From the NCBI GenBank assembly GCA_965204535.1, contig OZ241996.1, positions 352,001 through 416,000 on the forward strand: DNA of 64,000 bases. Direction: 5' to 3'. This document shows positions 17,187 through 26,316 of this stretch, one piece after another (the stretch's first letter is position 1; every line of letters starts with the position of its first letter). Origin of the DNA: a bacterium. Lineage in GTDB: Bacteria; UBA8248. Under the pieces are notes generated by a model. The model worked only from the letters and a program-made list of their open reading frames with translations. It had not been told where the DNA came from and did no database searches. Both the position numbers and the translations under genes were made by a program.

Positions 17187-18884
17187 CTACGCTCGCCCGT
17201 AGCGGCGGCGGCGCTTGTTGATGTCCTCGAGCTTGCGCGAGAGCTTCTCCAGCGTGCGGTTGTCGCTCAGGTTCCCTTCGATGTGAATGTGGTAGACGTG
17301 TGTATCGCCCCCGCCTCCGCCGGTTTCTTCCCGTATCGCGTCGCGGATGATGGGCCGCACGCCGCGCTGAAAGAAGTCGATGGATTGCGGGTGGTTCACG
17401 TTCATGATGTGCTCGGGCCCCGCCTCGCCCACGAGCCTGAGGGCCGAGCGCTTGACGAAACGCCCCGCCGCGTCGCCTTCATCGATGAGTACGGGCAACG
17501 CCCCCAAATATGATGAGTAAAGGCTTTGGCCGAAATACCGCTTCACGCCCTCCTGGGGCGAGATGCCCGCCTTCCCGGCCGCCCTTTGGATGAGCTGAAA
17601 CGTGAGGCCCGCTTTTTCCAGCAAAGGGGGGTCCACGCTCATCCGGCCTTCGTAGACCGCCTTGGGAAGCGAGAGGAGCCGTGCTTCATCCGCCACGCCG
17701 GTTTTCTGGAATTTATCGAGCGCGATGTACAGCCCGGCCGCCTGCGCGAGATTCGCGATTCCCCGAGTGAAGGGGGTGGACCTGTCCCGGAAGCCCTTGA
17801 AGCCCAGGAAGGAGAGCACCTGCTTGATGGCGCCGCCCTTGTTGAACAGGACGTCGGTGAGCAGAAAAGCGCCCGCCGCCGGCCCGAAGGCGGCGAGGCC
17901 GGTGGCGCCCGCGAGCGCGGGGACGGCGCCGGCGACGTTGATGGCCAGGTTCGCCCCTGTTTTCAGGGTTTTGGGGCCGCTCAGGAAGTCCAGCGCCGAA
18001 AAAGCGACCCGCAGGGCCGCCGACGCTTTCGTCGCCGCAATCCGCGCGGCCAGCGCGCCGCTCGCCTTTTCGCCCGCGGCGGTGGCCACCGCCGTGCCGC
18101 CGATGCGGTTCGCCGCCTCGAGTTCGGAGACGGACTGGAAAAGGCGCATGAGCCCCGCCTCGCCGCCGATTTTCGCCAGCGGTACGACGAGTTCCGGCCC
18201 CGCCTCGCCGATCACGCCCAGGGTGGGCTTTTTCACCAGACCTCCCTTGGAAAACCCGAATACGCCCAGCAGTCCCTTCCCCAGATCGCCCAGCAGGTTC
18301 AGCCCCAAATCCTGGAGCGCGCCCACCGCGGGCTTGATGAACTGCGTGCTCGCCATCTCGGCGGCGGCGTTTCGAACCATGTTGATGGCGTGGTTCTTGA
18401 GGTCGCTGAACAGGTCCTTGGCGCTGTCGATTTTGCCGGTGAGGACGCCCGAGAAAAACCGGGTGAGCGTCTGCTCGCTCGCCGCGGCGAAGTCGTTCAC
18501 CGCCCTTCCGGCGACCCGGAAAGAGGCGGGCAGGGCGGCGGCTTTCGCCTTGACCTCATCGAGACCCCTCGTGAGCGGGCCGGAGGCGAGCCGGGAGCCG
18601 GCTCGTTCCGCATTCCTCCACAGGGAGTTCATCCCCTCGGCGGCATCAGTGGACGAAGCGCCGACTCTCTGGAGGCGTTCTGAGGACCTCACGAAGGCGC
18701 GGCTCGATTTTTCGAGCGCGCTCCGGGACCCATGCGTTTCGGCCTTGAGTTTTTCCGTAGCGATCCTCGCCCGGCCCGCCGCCTTGGTGAAGCGGTCGAG
18801 CGCTTTCAGGCTGTTCCCGGAGTTCAGGTCGATTTTCTTTATCACCGATATCTTGTGGACGTGCTCCGGCATGGAATCCCTCAT
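17187..18884 (-). CDS. Phage tail tape-measure-like protein
   Basis: Ala/Gly-rich helical sequence; FSKGGLVKKPTLGVIGEAGPELVVPL and a second LVGEAGPE motif typical of tape-measure C-termini. Confidence 0.7.
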   Translation of the reverse strand: MRDSMPEHVHKISVIKKIDLNSGNSLKALDRFTKAAGRARIATEKLKAETHGSRSALEKSSRAFVRSSERLQRVGASSTDAAEGMNSLWRNAERAGSRLASGPLTRGLDEVKAKAAALPASFRVAGRAVNDFAAASEQTLTRFFSGVLTGKIDSAKDLFSDLKNHAINMVRNAAAEMASTQFIKPAVGALQDLGLNLLGDLGKGLLGVFGFSKGGLVKKPTLGVIGEAGPELVVPLAKIGGEAGLMRLFQSVSELEAANRIGGTAVATAAGEKASGALAARIAATKASAALRVAFSALDFLSGPKTLKTGANLAINVAGAVPALAGATGLAAFGPAAGAFLLTDVLFNKGGAIKQVLSFLGFKGFRDRSTPFTRGIANLAQAAGLYIALDKFQKTGVADEARLLSLPKAVYEGRMSVDPPLLEKAGLTFQLIQRAAGKAGISPQEGVKRYFGQSLYSSYLGALPVLIDEGDAAGRFVKRSALRLVGEAGPEHIMNVNHPQSIDFFQRGVRPIIRDAIREETGGGGGDTHVYHIHIEGNLSDNRTLEKLSRKLEDINKRRRRYGRA

Positions 18885-18923
18885 TCATGAACGAGATGCT
18901 GGATGGGATGCGCAACGGGCGCG

Positions 18924-19046
18924 CTAATCCGCCCAGGGGTTGATGAAATGCCACAGGTGGTTCGTGATGAGGCGCGGCTCGATCGCCGCGATGACGCAAA
19001 AGACGGCGGCGGCCGAGAAAAACGCCGCGAGAAGATAAGGAATCAT
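18924..19046 (-). CDS. 40-aa hydrophobic peptide MIPYLLAAFFSAAAVFCVIAAIEPRLITNHLWHFINPWAD
   Basis: ATG overlaps the stop of the upstream gene (ATGA); one TM-like segment; below the ORF-track cutoff. Confidence 0.55.
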   Translation of the reverse strand: MIPYLLAAFFSAAAVFCVIAAIEPRLITNHLWHFINPWAD

Positions 19047-19426
19047 GGTTGACGCTCCTTGTTCAGGCGCTCGTCGAGTCTGGCGAGCGCGGTTTCGACC
19101 TCACGCAGGCGGCGAAGTATTTGCGCGAAGGTTTGCGCGTCCCCGCGCGTTTTTTTCACGGAAATCGCTTTCAGTTCACGGAATTCGAGATCGGCGATTG
19201 TCTTCGCCTCCCGCAACCGGGTTTCCACTTCCTGGAAGCGGACGCGCGCGCCCGCGTTTTTCTCCAAAAGCCAGGGGTGGCCCCGCTCGGCCATGTGGGC
19301 CGCCAGACGCCTTTCCACGTTCACGATATGGTTGTAGAGCGGCGTGTAGGCGGCCACCCCGAGGCCGGCGATGCTCAGGATAGAGAGGAAAATCTGGAGC
19401 CCTTTTCCGTTTCCTTCAGACGCCAT
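19043..19426 (-). CDS. Phage-like membrane-anchored coiled-coil protein
   Basis: N-terminal TM segment (LQIFLSILSIAGLGVAAY), heptad-like C-terminus; coupled to neighbours. Confidence 0.55.
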   Translation of the reverse strand: MASEGNGKGLQIFLSILSIAGLGVAAYTPLYNHIVNVERRLAAHMAERGHPWLLEKNAGARVRFQEVETRLREAKTIADLEFRELKAISVKKTRGDAQTFAQILRRLREVETALARLDERLNKERQP

Positions 19427-20121
19427 CAGCGCACCTTGTCGAAAGAAGAGGCGGCTTCTTCGAGTCTGGAACCCAGGGCCGCCACGCTGGCGGTGACGGC
19501 GGCGTCCCGGGTGTCGCGCACGCTCTCATCATAAATTTTAAGGAGAGAGGCGAGCTTGCCGAGCAGGGCCGTCCTCCGGCTCGTCCACTCATCCACCACG
19601 CTTTGGCCCGTCGCGTAGCGCGCGGGATAGGCGTCTTTTCTGTTTTTGATGAGCGCGAATTCCGGCTTTGCGAGTTTGTTCTCGCCTGAATCCTGCGCCC
19701 AGGCGTCGATGAGCTTGGCTTTTTCCTCGTATTCGGCCAGCTTGCCGCCCAGAGCGCTCACCGGCACGCCCACGATGCGCGCCTTGGCGGCGTTCAGCAA
19801 CAGGTTGAGTTTCTCCTTCGCCTCGTCTCGATGGATATCAGCGATGCCACCGGGCGCGTGCGCGGCATGAGCGGCGAGAATGGCTACGCGCTGCGCGCGG
19901 GTGCTTGAATCGGCCACGTTGATGACCCACGTGTCCTGGCCGGGACCGTGGATTTCGGGACGGGCGGATTCCGTCTCGCCGGGCCCGGGCCGCCAGTCGG
20001 CGTCAGGCGTCATGGTCGTTTTCAGCCGGTGCGCGCTGCCCAGGTAGAGGTGCGCGAGGCCGGCGGTTTCGAGTTCATCTCGAAAATGCGACCCGACGGC
20101 TTTGGTCACTTCGATTTCCAT
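19426..20121 (-). CDS. Hypothetical phage protein (possible tail-fibre assembly factor)
   Basis: Follows the fibre-like gene; RBS present; helical C-half with AEYEEKAK. Confidence 0.5.
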   Translation of the reverse strand: MEIEVTKAVGSHFRDELETAGLAHLYLGSAHRLKTTMTPDADWRPGPGETESARPEIHGPGQDTWVINVADSSTRAQRVAILAAHAAHAPGGIADIHRDEAKEKLNLLLNAAKARIVGVPVSALGGKLAEYEEKAKLIDAWAQDSGENKLAKPEFALIKNRKDAYPARYATGQSVVDEWTSRRTALLGKLASLLKIYDESVRDTRDAAVTASVAALGSRLEEAASSFDKVR

Positions 20122-20130
20122 ATTGGCCTC

Positions 20131-21072
20131 CTAGATCAAGACGACGCTTTGGAAGAGATAGTCGCCGATGTTCAGGATGGTCGAGCCCGCCACGCGAAAG
20201 ACGAACGTGGAGTGAACCTCGGCGAGGGCGCCCCTGTATATTCGTGTGCTCGCAATCGCGAAGTTGTCTTTTTCATTGTTCGACAAGCGAATGATTTCGA
20301 CTTCCGGATAGGCCTGCCCCGTTCCGCCAAACAGTTTGAGGTTCATGTCCAGACCCGCCAGACCCGCGATGCTCGTCGAATTCACCCAGCCTTGTCCGCC
20401 GGCTTCCTGGCGGATGACGTCATGTCCCGGCCACATCAGGATTTCGTGCGTGGCGACGGAGGTCCAGTCGGTGGACAGGGTGGTGGCGAGCGTTCCTTTG
20501 GACTGCGCGGCGTATACCGCCTTGTTCCAGAAACTTCTGACATACACGTCGTTCGAGAGGACGAATTGCGATGAGCCGTCCGTTCTCGCGACCCCGGCGA
20601 GGGTGCGGCTCTTGTCGTGCGTTTTGTGCGCCAGCCCCGTGGCGGCGTCGAACGCCCAGCTTCCCGCGCGATCGAATTCGAGCTTGAGCCCGCCTCCGTC
20701 ATCGTAGACGAAGACCGCATGGGAGCTGTCCGCCTCGAGGTCCGCGTTCGTAATCGTGATGCCCTCCCAGGGCAAATCCTCGTAATAGACGTCTCCCGAC
20801 GCTTCGTCGATGAAGGGCACATGGCGGCCCGCCACGGGATTGGCGACGGCGGGGTAATAAGCCGAGGCCAGCGCCGGCCTGAACGCCAGGGTGGTGGCGT
20901 TCACGTAATCGAGCCTGCCCGCGCATTCGATGGGTTGCCTGTCGGCCCTGATTTTTCCGTCCGGGAACAGGGCGGCGAGGGCCAGGCGGTCGATGACGCG
21001 GGCTTTCGTGGGGTGGTGGCCGCCGATGGCTTCCTCGGTGTAGCGGGCGGACAGATCGGCTCCGATGGGCAT
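20131..21072 (-). CDS. Putative tail fibre / receptor-binding protein
   Basis: Phage-type N-terminus (YTEEAIGGHHPTK), beta-rich body; AGGAG RBS; position after the hub-like gene. Confidence 0.5.
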   Translation of the reverse strand: MPIGADLSARYTEEAIGGHHPTKARVIDRLALAALFPDGKIRADRQPIECAGRLDYVNATTLAFRPALASAYYPAVANPVAGRHVPFIDEASGDVYYEDLPWEGITITNADLEADSSHAVFVYDDGGGLKLEFDRAGSWAFDAATGLAHKTHDKSRTLAGVARTDGSSQFVLSNDVYVRSFWNKAVYAAQSKGTLATTLSTDWTSVATHEILMWPGHDVIRQEAGGQGWVNSTSIAGLAGLDMNLKLFGGTGQAYPEVEIIRLSNNEKDNFAIASTRIYRGALAEVHSTFVFRVAGSTILNIGDYLFQSVVLI

Positions 21073-21083
21073 CGTTTTCTCCT

Positions 21084-22295
21084 TTATGCGTAAGTGGCGG
21101 CGTCGCGCTCGGCGCCCAGGAGCCGGCCGCCTTCGAGTGTTCTGCTCCCGTCCAAAAGAAAGGAGGACGTCAGGAAAAAGCCGGTATCCCGGATTTTGAG
21201 CTCCATGCCCTGCTCACCCAGGTCGTAATTCACCTCGATCACTTCTCCGATTTGATTCACGAGGGGTTCGAGCTTCTCGGAGCGCATCCAGGGCACGCTG
21301 AACGCCACGTAGTCGTCCGGTTCGATTTCGAGCGCTCTCAGGGAGCTGTCCTCGATGGTGAGCATGCGGGTGGGTTCGTGACAGCGCTCCACGATGCGCG
21401 ATTGAACCGTGGCGGCAACGCGCTCGCGCCGGACCCAGTCGAGCCTGAGCGGGCTTTGCGGAGGTCTCCTGACGCCATAGAGCCTTTGGGAGGAAATGTT
21501 CCGGGTGGCGCTCCCGTCGTCGTGTTTGATGTAGCGCGCGCCCGGATAATCCCTCGCATAGAGCACCGGAACCTGATTGACGACGGTGTCGCGCGCCATC
21601 TCCGCCTCGATGCTTGAGTGGCCGAAACGCGGCAGAACCTTTTGGGGTGAAATGGCGGAGGGTTCCTCTCCTGCGATGTGAATTTTCAGGCGGCCGAACG
21701 GGTCGATTTCGTATCGTCCGAGGAAATCGCCCAAAAGCGAGGTGAGGATGTCGGCGGGCGCATGGTCGTCCAGGATGATCCCACCCGCCCGGTAGCCGTA
21801 GGCCTTCGCGCCGACCGCCGCGCGCGAAAGGGCCTGCATGTCGAGGTCCTGCTCGCTGAATCCCCAGACGCTCGTCATGAGGTCATAAACGACCTCGGCG
21901 GGGTTTTCGATGTGTGCGCCGCTGTCGTTTTTCCTGCCCTTGCATACGGCGGTCACGCGCCCCTTCGGCGGGTCTGCGAAAGCGGCCGTGGCGATTGCGC
22001 CCCTGCCCTGGTAGTTCCGGGCGAGTTCCAGAGAGTATCTTCCCGGCTCGATGCGGCCACCGTCGTCGAAAAGCGCGACGGCTCCCGATATCTCATGCGC
22101 GGCCACGCAGTAGACGCCGCCCCCGGCGGGGTCGATTTTCGGAAGCTCGTAAACGCCCGCGTTCTCGCGCGAAGGAACCGTCAAATCCCCGTAGATGATG
22201 GGTAGGCTCTGGTCTTCGAATTCAGGGTCGGCGTACCTCGAAGCGCGCCCTATCGGGAATGCGTCCGAGAGCCGGTCCGTCGTCGGGTCACTCAT
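21084..22295 (-). CDS. Putative tail tip / hub protein
   Basis: SLPIIYGD, IENPAEVVYDL, SSQRLYGVR, LEIEPDDYV segments typical of siphoviral tail-tip proteins. Confidence 0.55.
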   Translation of the reverse strand: MSDPTTDRLSDAFPIGRASRYADPEFEDQSLPIIYGDLTVPSRENAGVYELPKIDPAGGGVYCVAAHEISGAVALFDDGGRIEPGRYSLELARNYQGRGAIATAAFADPPKGRVTAVCKGRKNDSGAHIENPAEVVYDLMTSVWGFSEQDLDMQALSRAAVGAKAYGYRAGGIILDDHAPADILTSLLGDFLGRYEIDPFGRLKIHIAGEEPSAISPQKVLPRFGHSSIEAEMARDTVVNQVPVLYARDYPGARYIKHDDGSATRNISSQRLYGVRRPPQSPLRLDWVRRERVAATVQSRIVERCHEPTRMLTIEDSSLRALEIEPDDYVAFSVPWMRSEKLEPLVNQIGEVIEVNYDLGEQGMELKIRDTGFFLTSSFLLDGSRTLEGGRLLGAERDAATYA

Positions 22296-22829
22296 CTAGT
22301 TGCCCTCGCATTCCATGGAAACCTGGTCGATGCGCTCGGTAATGCGGCGAATGGTGAAGCTCCCGATCGAGAGAACGTCGGATATGTTTTGTCCTGAAAA
22401 CCCGACGCGCACGTCGACCTTTCCGCCAATGAGCGGCTCCGTCGCAAGGATGCGGCTCATGCGCGGGTGGCCGTCCATGTCGGGAGCGTTGTTGACGGCT
22501 ATCGTAAGGCCGGGGAGTTCCTTTTCCCGGAATGCCTCGAGAATGGAGGGACCCTGAAACGCGCCGAGAGAGAATCGCCCGCCGTCCTCTATCCAATCAT
22601 GGACGCCGAGGAGCACTTCCGCTCCCTCTCCCAGCAGAAGGGAACCATCGAGAATTCGCGAGCCGTCGAGGAAATGGATTCTTCCGCCTTGCCCGATCAG
22701 GGAGTCGGGAACCTGCTTTCCGCAGAACACGCGCTTTCCACCGGCGGTGGAGAGATGATAGAGGATGAAGGCGGTTTTCCCCTCGTGCCCGGCGATGTCC
22801 GCGACCGCCTGGTCCGTGACGCGCCTCAT
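22296..22829 (-). CDS. Hypothetical phage tail-module protein
   Basis: Coupled ORF; FLDGSRILDGSLLLG motif; KVDVRVGF..GSFTIRRI. Confidence 0.5.
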   Translation of the reverse strand: MRRVTDQAVADIAGHEGKTAFILYHLSTAGGKRVFCGKQVPDSLIGQGGRIHFLDGSRILDGSLLLGEGAEVLLGVHDWIEDGGRFSLGAFQGPSILEAFREKELPGLTIAVNNAPDMDGHPRMSRILATEPLIGGKVDVRVGFSGQNISDVLSIGSFTIRRITERIDQVSMECEGN

Positions 22830-23905
22830 GCGAGTCTTTCCCTGAGATCGAGTTCGAAGGAGAAGTCGTCCGACCCCGTCTGTCGCGGCAAAAAATCGCC
22901 CGTGAGGTGGGCGAGAATGACCGAGGCGGGGTCGTCGACGTCCAGGTGAACGAAAAACGGCTTGGCCCGCCCGGCGTCGACGTCCTTCACCGCGCGGTAC
23001 ATGGCGAGAAACGCTCCTCGCTGCTCATCCGATATACGCTCGTAGGGAAGGGTGATCCTGCGGCCGCGATTCAAGAGCACCGGACGCTCCGCCATGTTTT
23101 CCGTGCGGCTTGTTTCCTCGAAGGCTTCTTCTCCCACCACGTTTCCGAACCAGAAATGGTCGGCGGGCTCGAAAAAGTCCCCCAGGTAGATTTCCGAGAC
23201 TTCCAGACAGGCATCCTGATCGGCGGCTACGCCTTCGGCCAGAAGACGCCAGTGGCGGTATGAGCGCGGCGTGGTGGCGAAATAGTGGATGAGCGTGTCG
23301 CTGCGCCAGATGGGCCTTTCATCGAGTGCGGGCGCGCGCCAGTCCGCGGACCCGTTCGCCTGAATCCGGAGACTTGCGCCGGGTGGGAAATTGTGGAGGT
23401 GGGCGATGAATACGTCGGGAGATTTTTCCTCACCGAAATCAAGGGCGAGCGACCATGGGTCTTCGGGCGGCGAGGCGCTTCTCATCTTCGTGGCGGGGTC
23501 GAGATCGTAGATTCTTCTTGGAGAAAAAAAGCGATTCGCCGTCGCCTGCCAATGATCGCCCAAGGCGAAAGCGGGTGAACTCGCGCCACTCACGAAGCGG
23601 ACCTTCACGCCCGAGTCCAGGGCGGTATCCGTCAGCGCGGTGGGGATGTTCGAGGCTTCCCAGCCGCCCGCGGGTGTCGATGTCTTGCGCCACCTGAAAC
23701 GGGCGCTTCCCACGTCGCCCGGCGCTTCGATTTCGGCGAAGTAGACTTCCTGGTCCTCTCCGGCGTAGGCGCCCGAGAAGACCATCGAGCCGCCCGCGTT
23801 CGCGACGCGGGGCACGCCCGCGCCGACGAATCCCTTCTCCACGGAAGTGGCGGTGATGAGCGTCTCGTCGTCGATGAGATTTCGATACATGAAGCGGTGT
23901 CCCAT
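22826..23905 (-). CDS. Putative distal-tail-like protein with a carbohydrate-binding-like insert
   Basis: AGGAG RBS before MGHRFMYRN; SYRHWRL..LEVSEIYLG discoidin-like segment; first gene of the operon. Confidence 0.5.
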   Translation of the reverse strand: MGHRFMYRNLIDDETLITATSVEKGFVGAGVPRVANAGGSMVFSGAYAGEDQEVYFAEIEAPGDVGSARFRWRKTSTPAGGWEASNIPTALTDTALDSGVKVRFVSGASSPAFALGDHWQATANRFFSPRRIYDLDPATKMRSASPPEDPWSLALDFGEEKSPDVFIAHLHNFPPGASLRIQANGSADWRAPALDERPIWRSDTLIHYFATTPRSYRHWRLLAEGVAADQDACLEVSEIYLGDFFEPADHFWFGNVVGEEAFEETSRTENMAERPVLLNRGRRITLPYERISDEQRGAFLAMYRAVKDVDAGRAKPFFVHLDVDDPASVILAHLTGDFLPRQTGSDDFSFELDLRERLA

Positions 23906-24036
23906 TCCACTCTCCTGGGCGGGGTGTTCCATGTCGGGAAATTCCCTGGCTCCCGCCTGGGTTTCGGCATCACTCCGGCGCAGGAGGGCGCCGAGGTCAC
24001 CGAATATATGGGAATCGGGGAGGAGCGTTCGCCTCG

Positions 24037-24054
24037 CAAATGCGGGCAAATGCG
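24037..24054 (-). promoter_or_regulatory. Tandem motif CGCATTTGCCCGCATTTG upstream of the tail operon
   Basis: 18/18 identical to 38866-38883. Confidence 0.55.
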
Positions 24055-24267
24055 TGGGAGAGAGCCACAGTTGAGGAAGGCGGGGAATCGTTCTGCAACA
24101 GGTTGGCCCATGAATGCCCGGAGTGTTCTTGTTTTCGGGAGGGATTGCGAAATAGAAATTTGAGAAATCAGGAAAATTTGCTATAGTGATACTTCAACAG
24201 CAAGATGAAGTTTTCTCTTGTACCTGCCAGTTTTGTATGAAGTCCGCCCGATGTTGCGAAAGGACTC

Positions 24268-25752
24268 GTGATGCGCAAGAGGCGCGCGCGTCTCGTCACG
24301 CAATTTATTTCGAAACTAAAATCCACCAGCAGTTCCGCGATGGTCTGCGTGGTCGGCGTATTGCTGGCGCTGGGCATCAGCGTGTTGTTGAGCGGCCGCT
24401 CCGTAGTACATCCCCCTTCCGAATCGTCTGGAAAGAATGCGCCGCGTCCAGATGTGCGCGTCACCGAAAAAGCGCTTGAAGACAAGACGCAGCGGGAAAT
24501 CGCCAAAGCGCCCCGGCATCGGGTGGGCGAGGGGCCGGATGAAAATGCTTTGGAGAAAATCACCCGGGATCAACCAACCAGGAGTTTGCCGAAAGAGGAA
24601 AAACTCACCACGGAAACCGGTAAATTCTCCAAAGCGGACACGGTCATCGGCGTGTTGATGGCGCACGATGTGCCCCGTTCGGTGATTCAGAAAGTCCTGG
24701 ATAGCGTCGGTGAAAAACGTATTTTTTCGCGCATCCGGGCGGGTCGCCGGTATGAAGTGAAAAAAAAAGGCGGCGAACTCCGTGAATTCGTTCTTCAACT
24801 CGACAATAATAGCCGACTCAGAATTTCGCGAGCGCCGAACGGTGCGATGACGGCCTCGAAAGAGGACATACCTTATTCGGTAGACGTCGTTCGTATTCAA
24901 TCCCGCATCCATAGTTCCTTGTATAAAGCCATTGCCAATGGCGGCGGCTCTCCCGTCCTGGTGAACAAGCTCAGCGATATTTTTGCGTTTGTCATTGACT
25001 TTCACAAGGATTTGCAAAGTGGAGACCAGGTGGAGGCCCTGGTCGAGCGAAAGCACTTGAGAGATGAATTCGTTGGTTACGGTAGGATTCTGGCGGCCGA
25101 GTTCATCGTGGGGAAGAGGCGGCACACCGCGGTGTATTTCAAGGGCGGAGGCGGCAGGTATTACAACGTCGAGGGCGAGTCCCTGAGGCGCGCTTTTTTG
25201 CGATCTCCGCTTCGCTATACGCGAATCAGTTCGCGTTTCTCGAAGAGGCGCTTTCACCCCCTGCTCAAGCGCTATCGTCCCCACTTCGGCGTTGACTACG
25301 CTGCGCCCCGTGGGACGCCTGTCCATGCGGTCGCCGATGGCGTCGTCACCTGGGTGGGCCGCAAAAGCCAAGCCGGCAAAACGATCAAACTGCGTCATGG
25401 CGGCGGTTATCGGACCTCCTATCTCCATCTGTATCGATATGCGCGCGGAATTCGCAGGGGCAGGCGGGTCCTCCAGGGCCAGGTGATCGGCTACGTGGGT
25501 TCCACGGGCTTGTCCACGGGTCCTCATCTGGATTACCGGATCACCCGCCGCGGACGGTATTTGAACCCCCTGAAGGCGAAACTCCCCAAAGGCATGCCGC
25601 TTCCCCGCTCGCTGCGTCCGGCCTTCAAAAAGATTCTGGAGGAGCGGCGAACGATGTTTGACAACTTGCCCCTGCTGAAGGACTCTCAGGCTTCGCGCGC
25701 GGTCCCCGGGCCGTTGTTCGCCGTCGTGCGCGGTCGAACGTCAAACCTTTGA
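24268..25752 (+). CDS. M23 peptidoglycan DD-endopeptidase (MepM-like)
   Basis: RISSRF, HFGVDYAAPRGTP, YLHL, STGPHLDY; N-terminal TM segment. Confidence 0.9.
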   Translation: MMRKRRARLVTQFISKLKSTSSSAMVCVVGVLLALGISVLLSGRSVVHPPSESSGKNAPRPDVRVTEKALEDKTQREIAKAPRHRVGEGPDENALEKITRDQPTRSLPKEEKLTTETGKFSKADTVIGVLMAHDVPRSVIQKVLDSVGEKRIFSRIRAGRRYEVKKKGGELREFVLQLDNNSRLRISRAPNGAMTASKEDIPYSVDVVRIQSRIHSSLYKAIANGGGSPVLVNKLSDIFAFVIDFHKDLQSGDQVEALVERKHLRDEFVGYGRILAAEFIVGKRRHTAVYFKGGGGRYYNVEGESLRRAFLRSPLRYTRISSRFSKRRFHPLLKRYRPHFGVDYAAPRGTPVHAVADGVVTWVGRKSQAGKTIKLRHGGGYRTSYLHLYRYARGIRRGRRVLQGQVIGYVGSTGLSTGPHLDYRITRRGRYLNPLKAKLPKGMPLPRSLRPAFKKILEERRTMFDNLPLLKDSQASRAVPGPLFAVVRGRTSNL

Positions 25753-25782
25753 ACCGGAAACCGAACAAGGGAGAAGTTGCTC

Positions 25783-26292
25783 ATGTTGATTCCCTTCGAG
25801 GGAGTGCTGCCCAAAGTTCATGAAACCGCCTGGCTGGCGGAGACCGCCGCCGTCATCGGCGACGTTGAGATCGGCGAGCACAGCAGCGTCTGGTACCACT
25901 GCGTATTGCGCGGTGACCACATGCCCATCCGCGTGGGCAAGCGCACCAACATACAGGACGGCTCCATTCTGCACATCGAAAGCGGCAAATACGACTGCGT
26001 GCTGGGCGACGACATTACCGTGGGCCACATGGCCATCGTGCATGGGTGTCATGTGGGAGACGGCGCCGTCATCGCGATGGGCGCCATCGTGCTCAACAAC
26101 GTGAAGGTGGGCGAGGGCGCCGTCGTCGGAGCGGGCGCCGTCGTGCCCGAGAACAAAGTGATCGATCCCGGGACTCTTTGGCTGGGCGCGCCTGCGAAGT
26201 ATGTTCGCGATCTGAGCGATGAGGAAATAGAGCGTTTCAAGAACGCGGCCGTCTCCTATATGAACAACAAGGAACGCTTTCGAAATTCATGA
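25783..26292 (+). CDS. Gamma carbonic anhydrase family protein
   Basis: VIGDVEIG, VLRGD, TNIQDGSILH, TVGHMAIVHGC. Confidence 0.92.
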   Translation: MLIPFEGVLPKVHETAWLAETAAVIGDVEIGEHSSVWYHCVLRGDHMPIRVGKRTNIQDGSILHIESGKYDCVLGDDITVGHMAIVHGCHVGDGAVIAMGAIVLNNVKVGEGAVVGAGAVVPENKVIDPGTLWLGAPAKYVRDLSDEEIERFKNAAVSYMNNKERFRNS

Positions 26293-26316
26293 CCGCACCG
26301 GAAATCCTCATTTTTC

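Noticed and set aside
17187-23905. Complete prophage or contractile injection system
   Set aside because: No integrase, terminase, capsid, sheath, tube or baseplate-wedge motifs are seen in the window.
24268-25752. M23 peptidase as the endolysin of the tail operon
   Set aside because: It is divergent, has a membrane-anchored MepM-like architecture and heads a housekeeping gene run.
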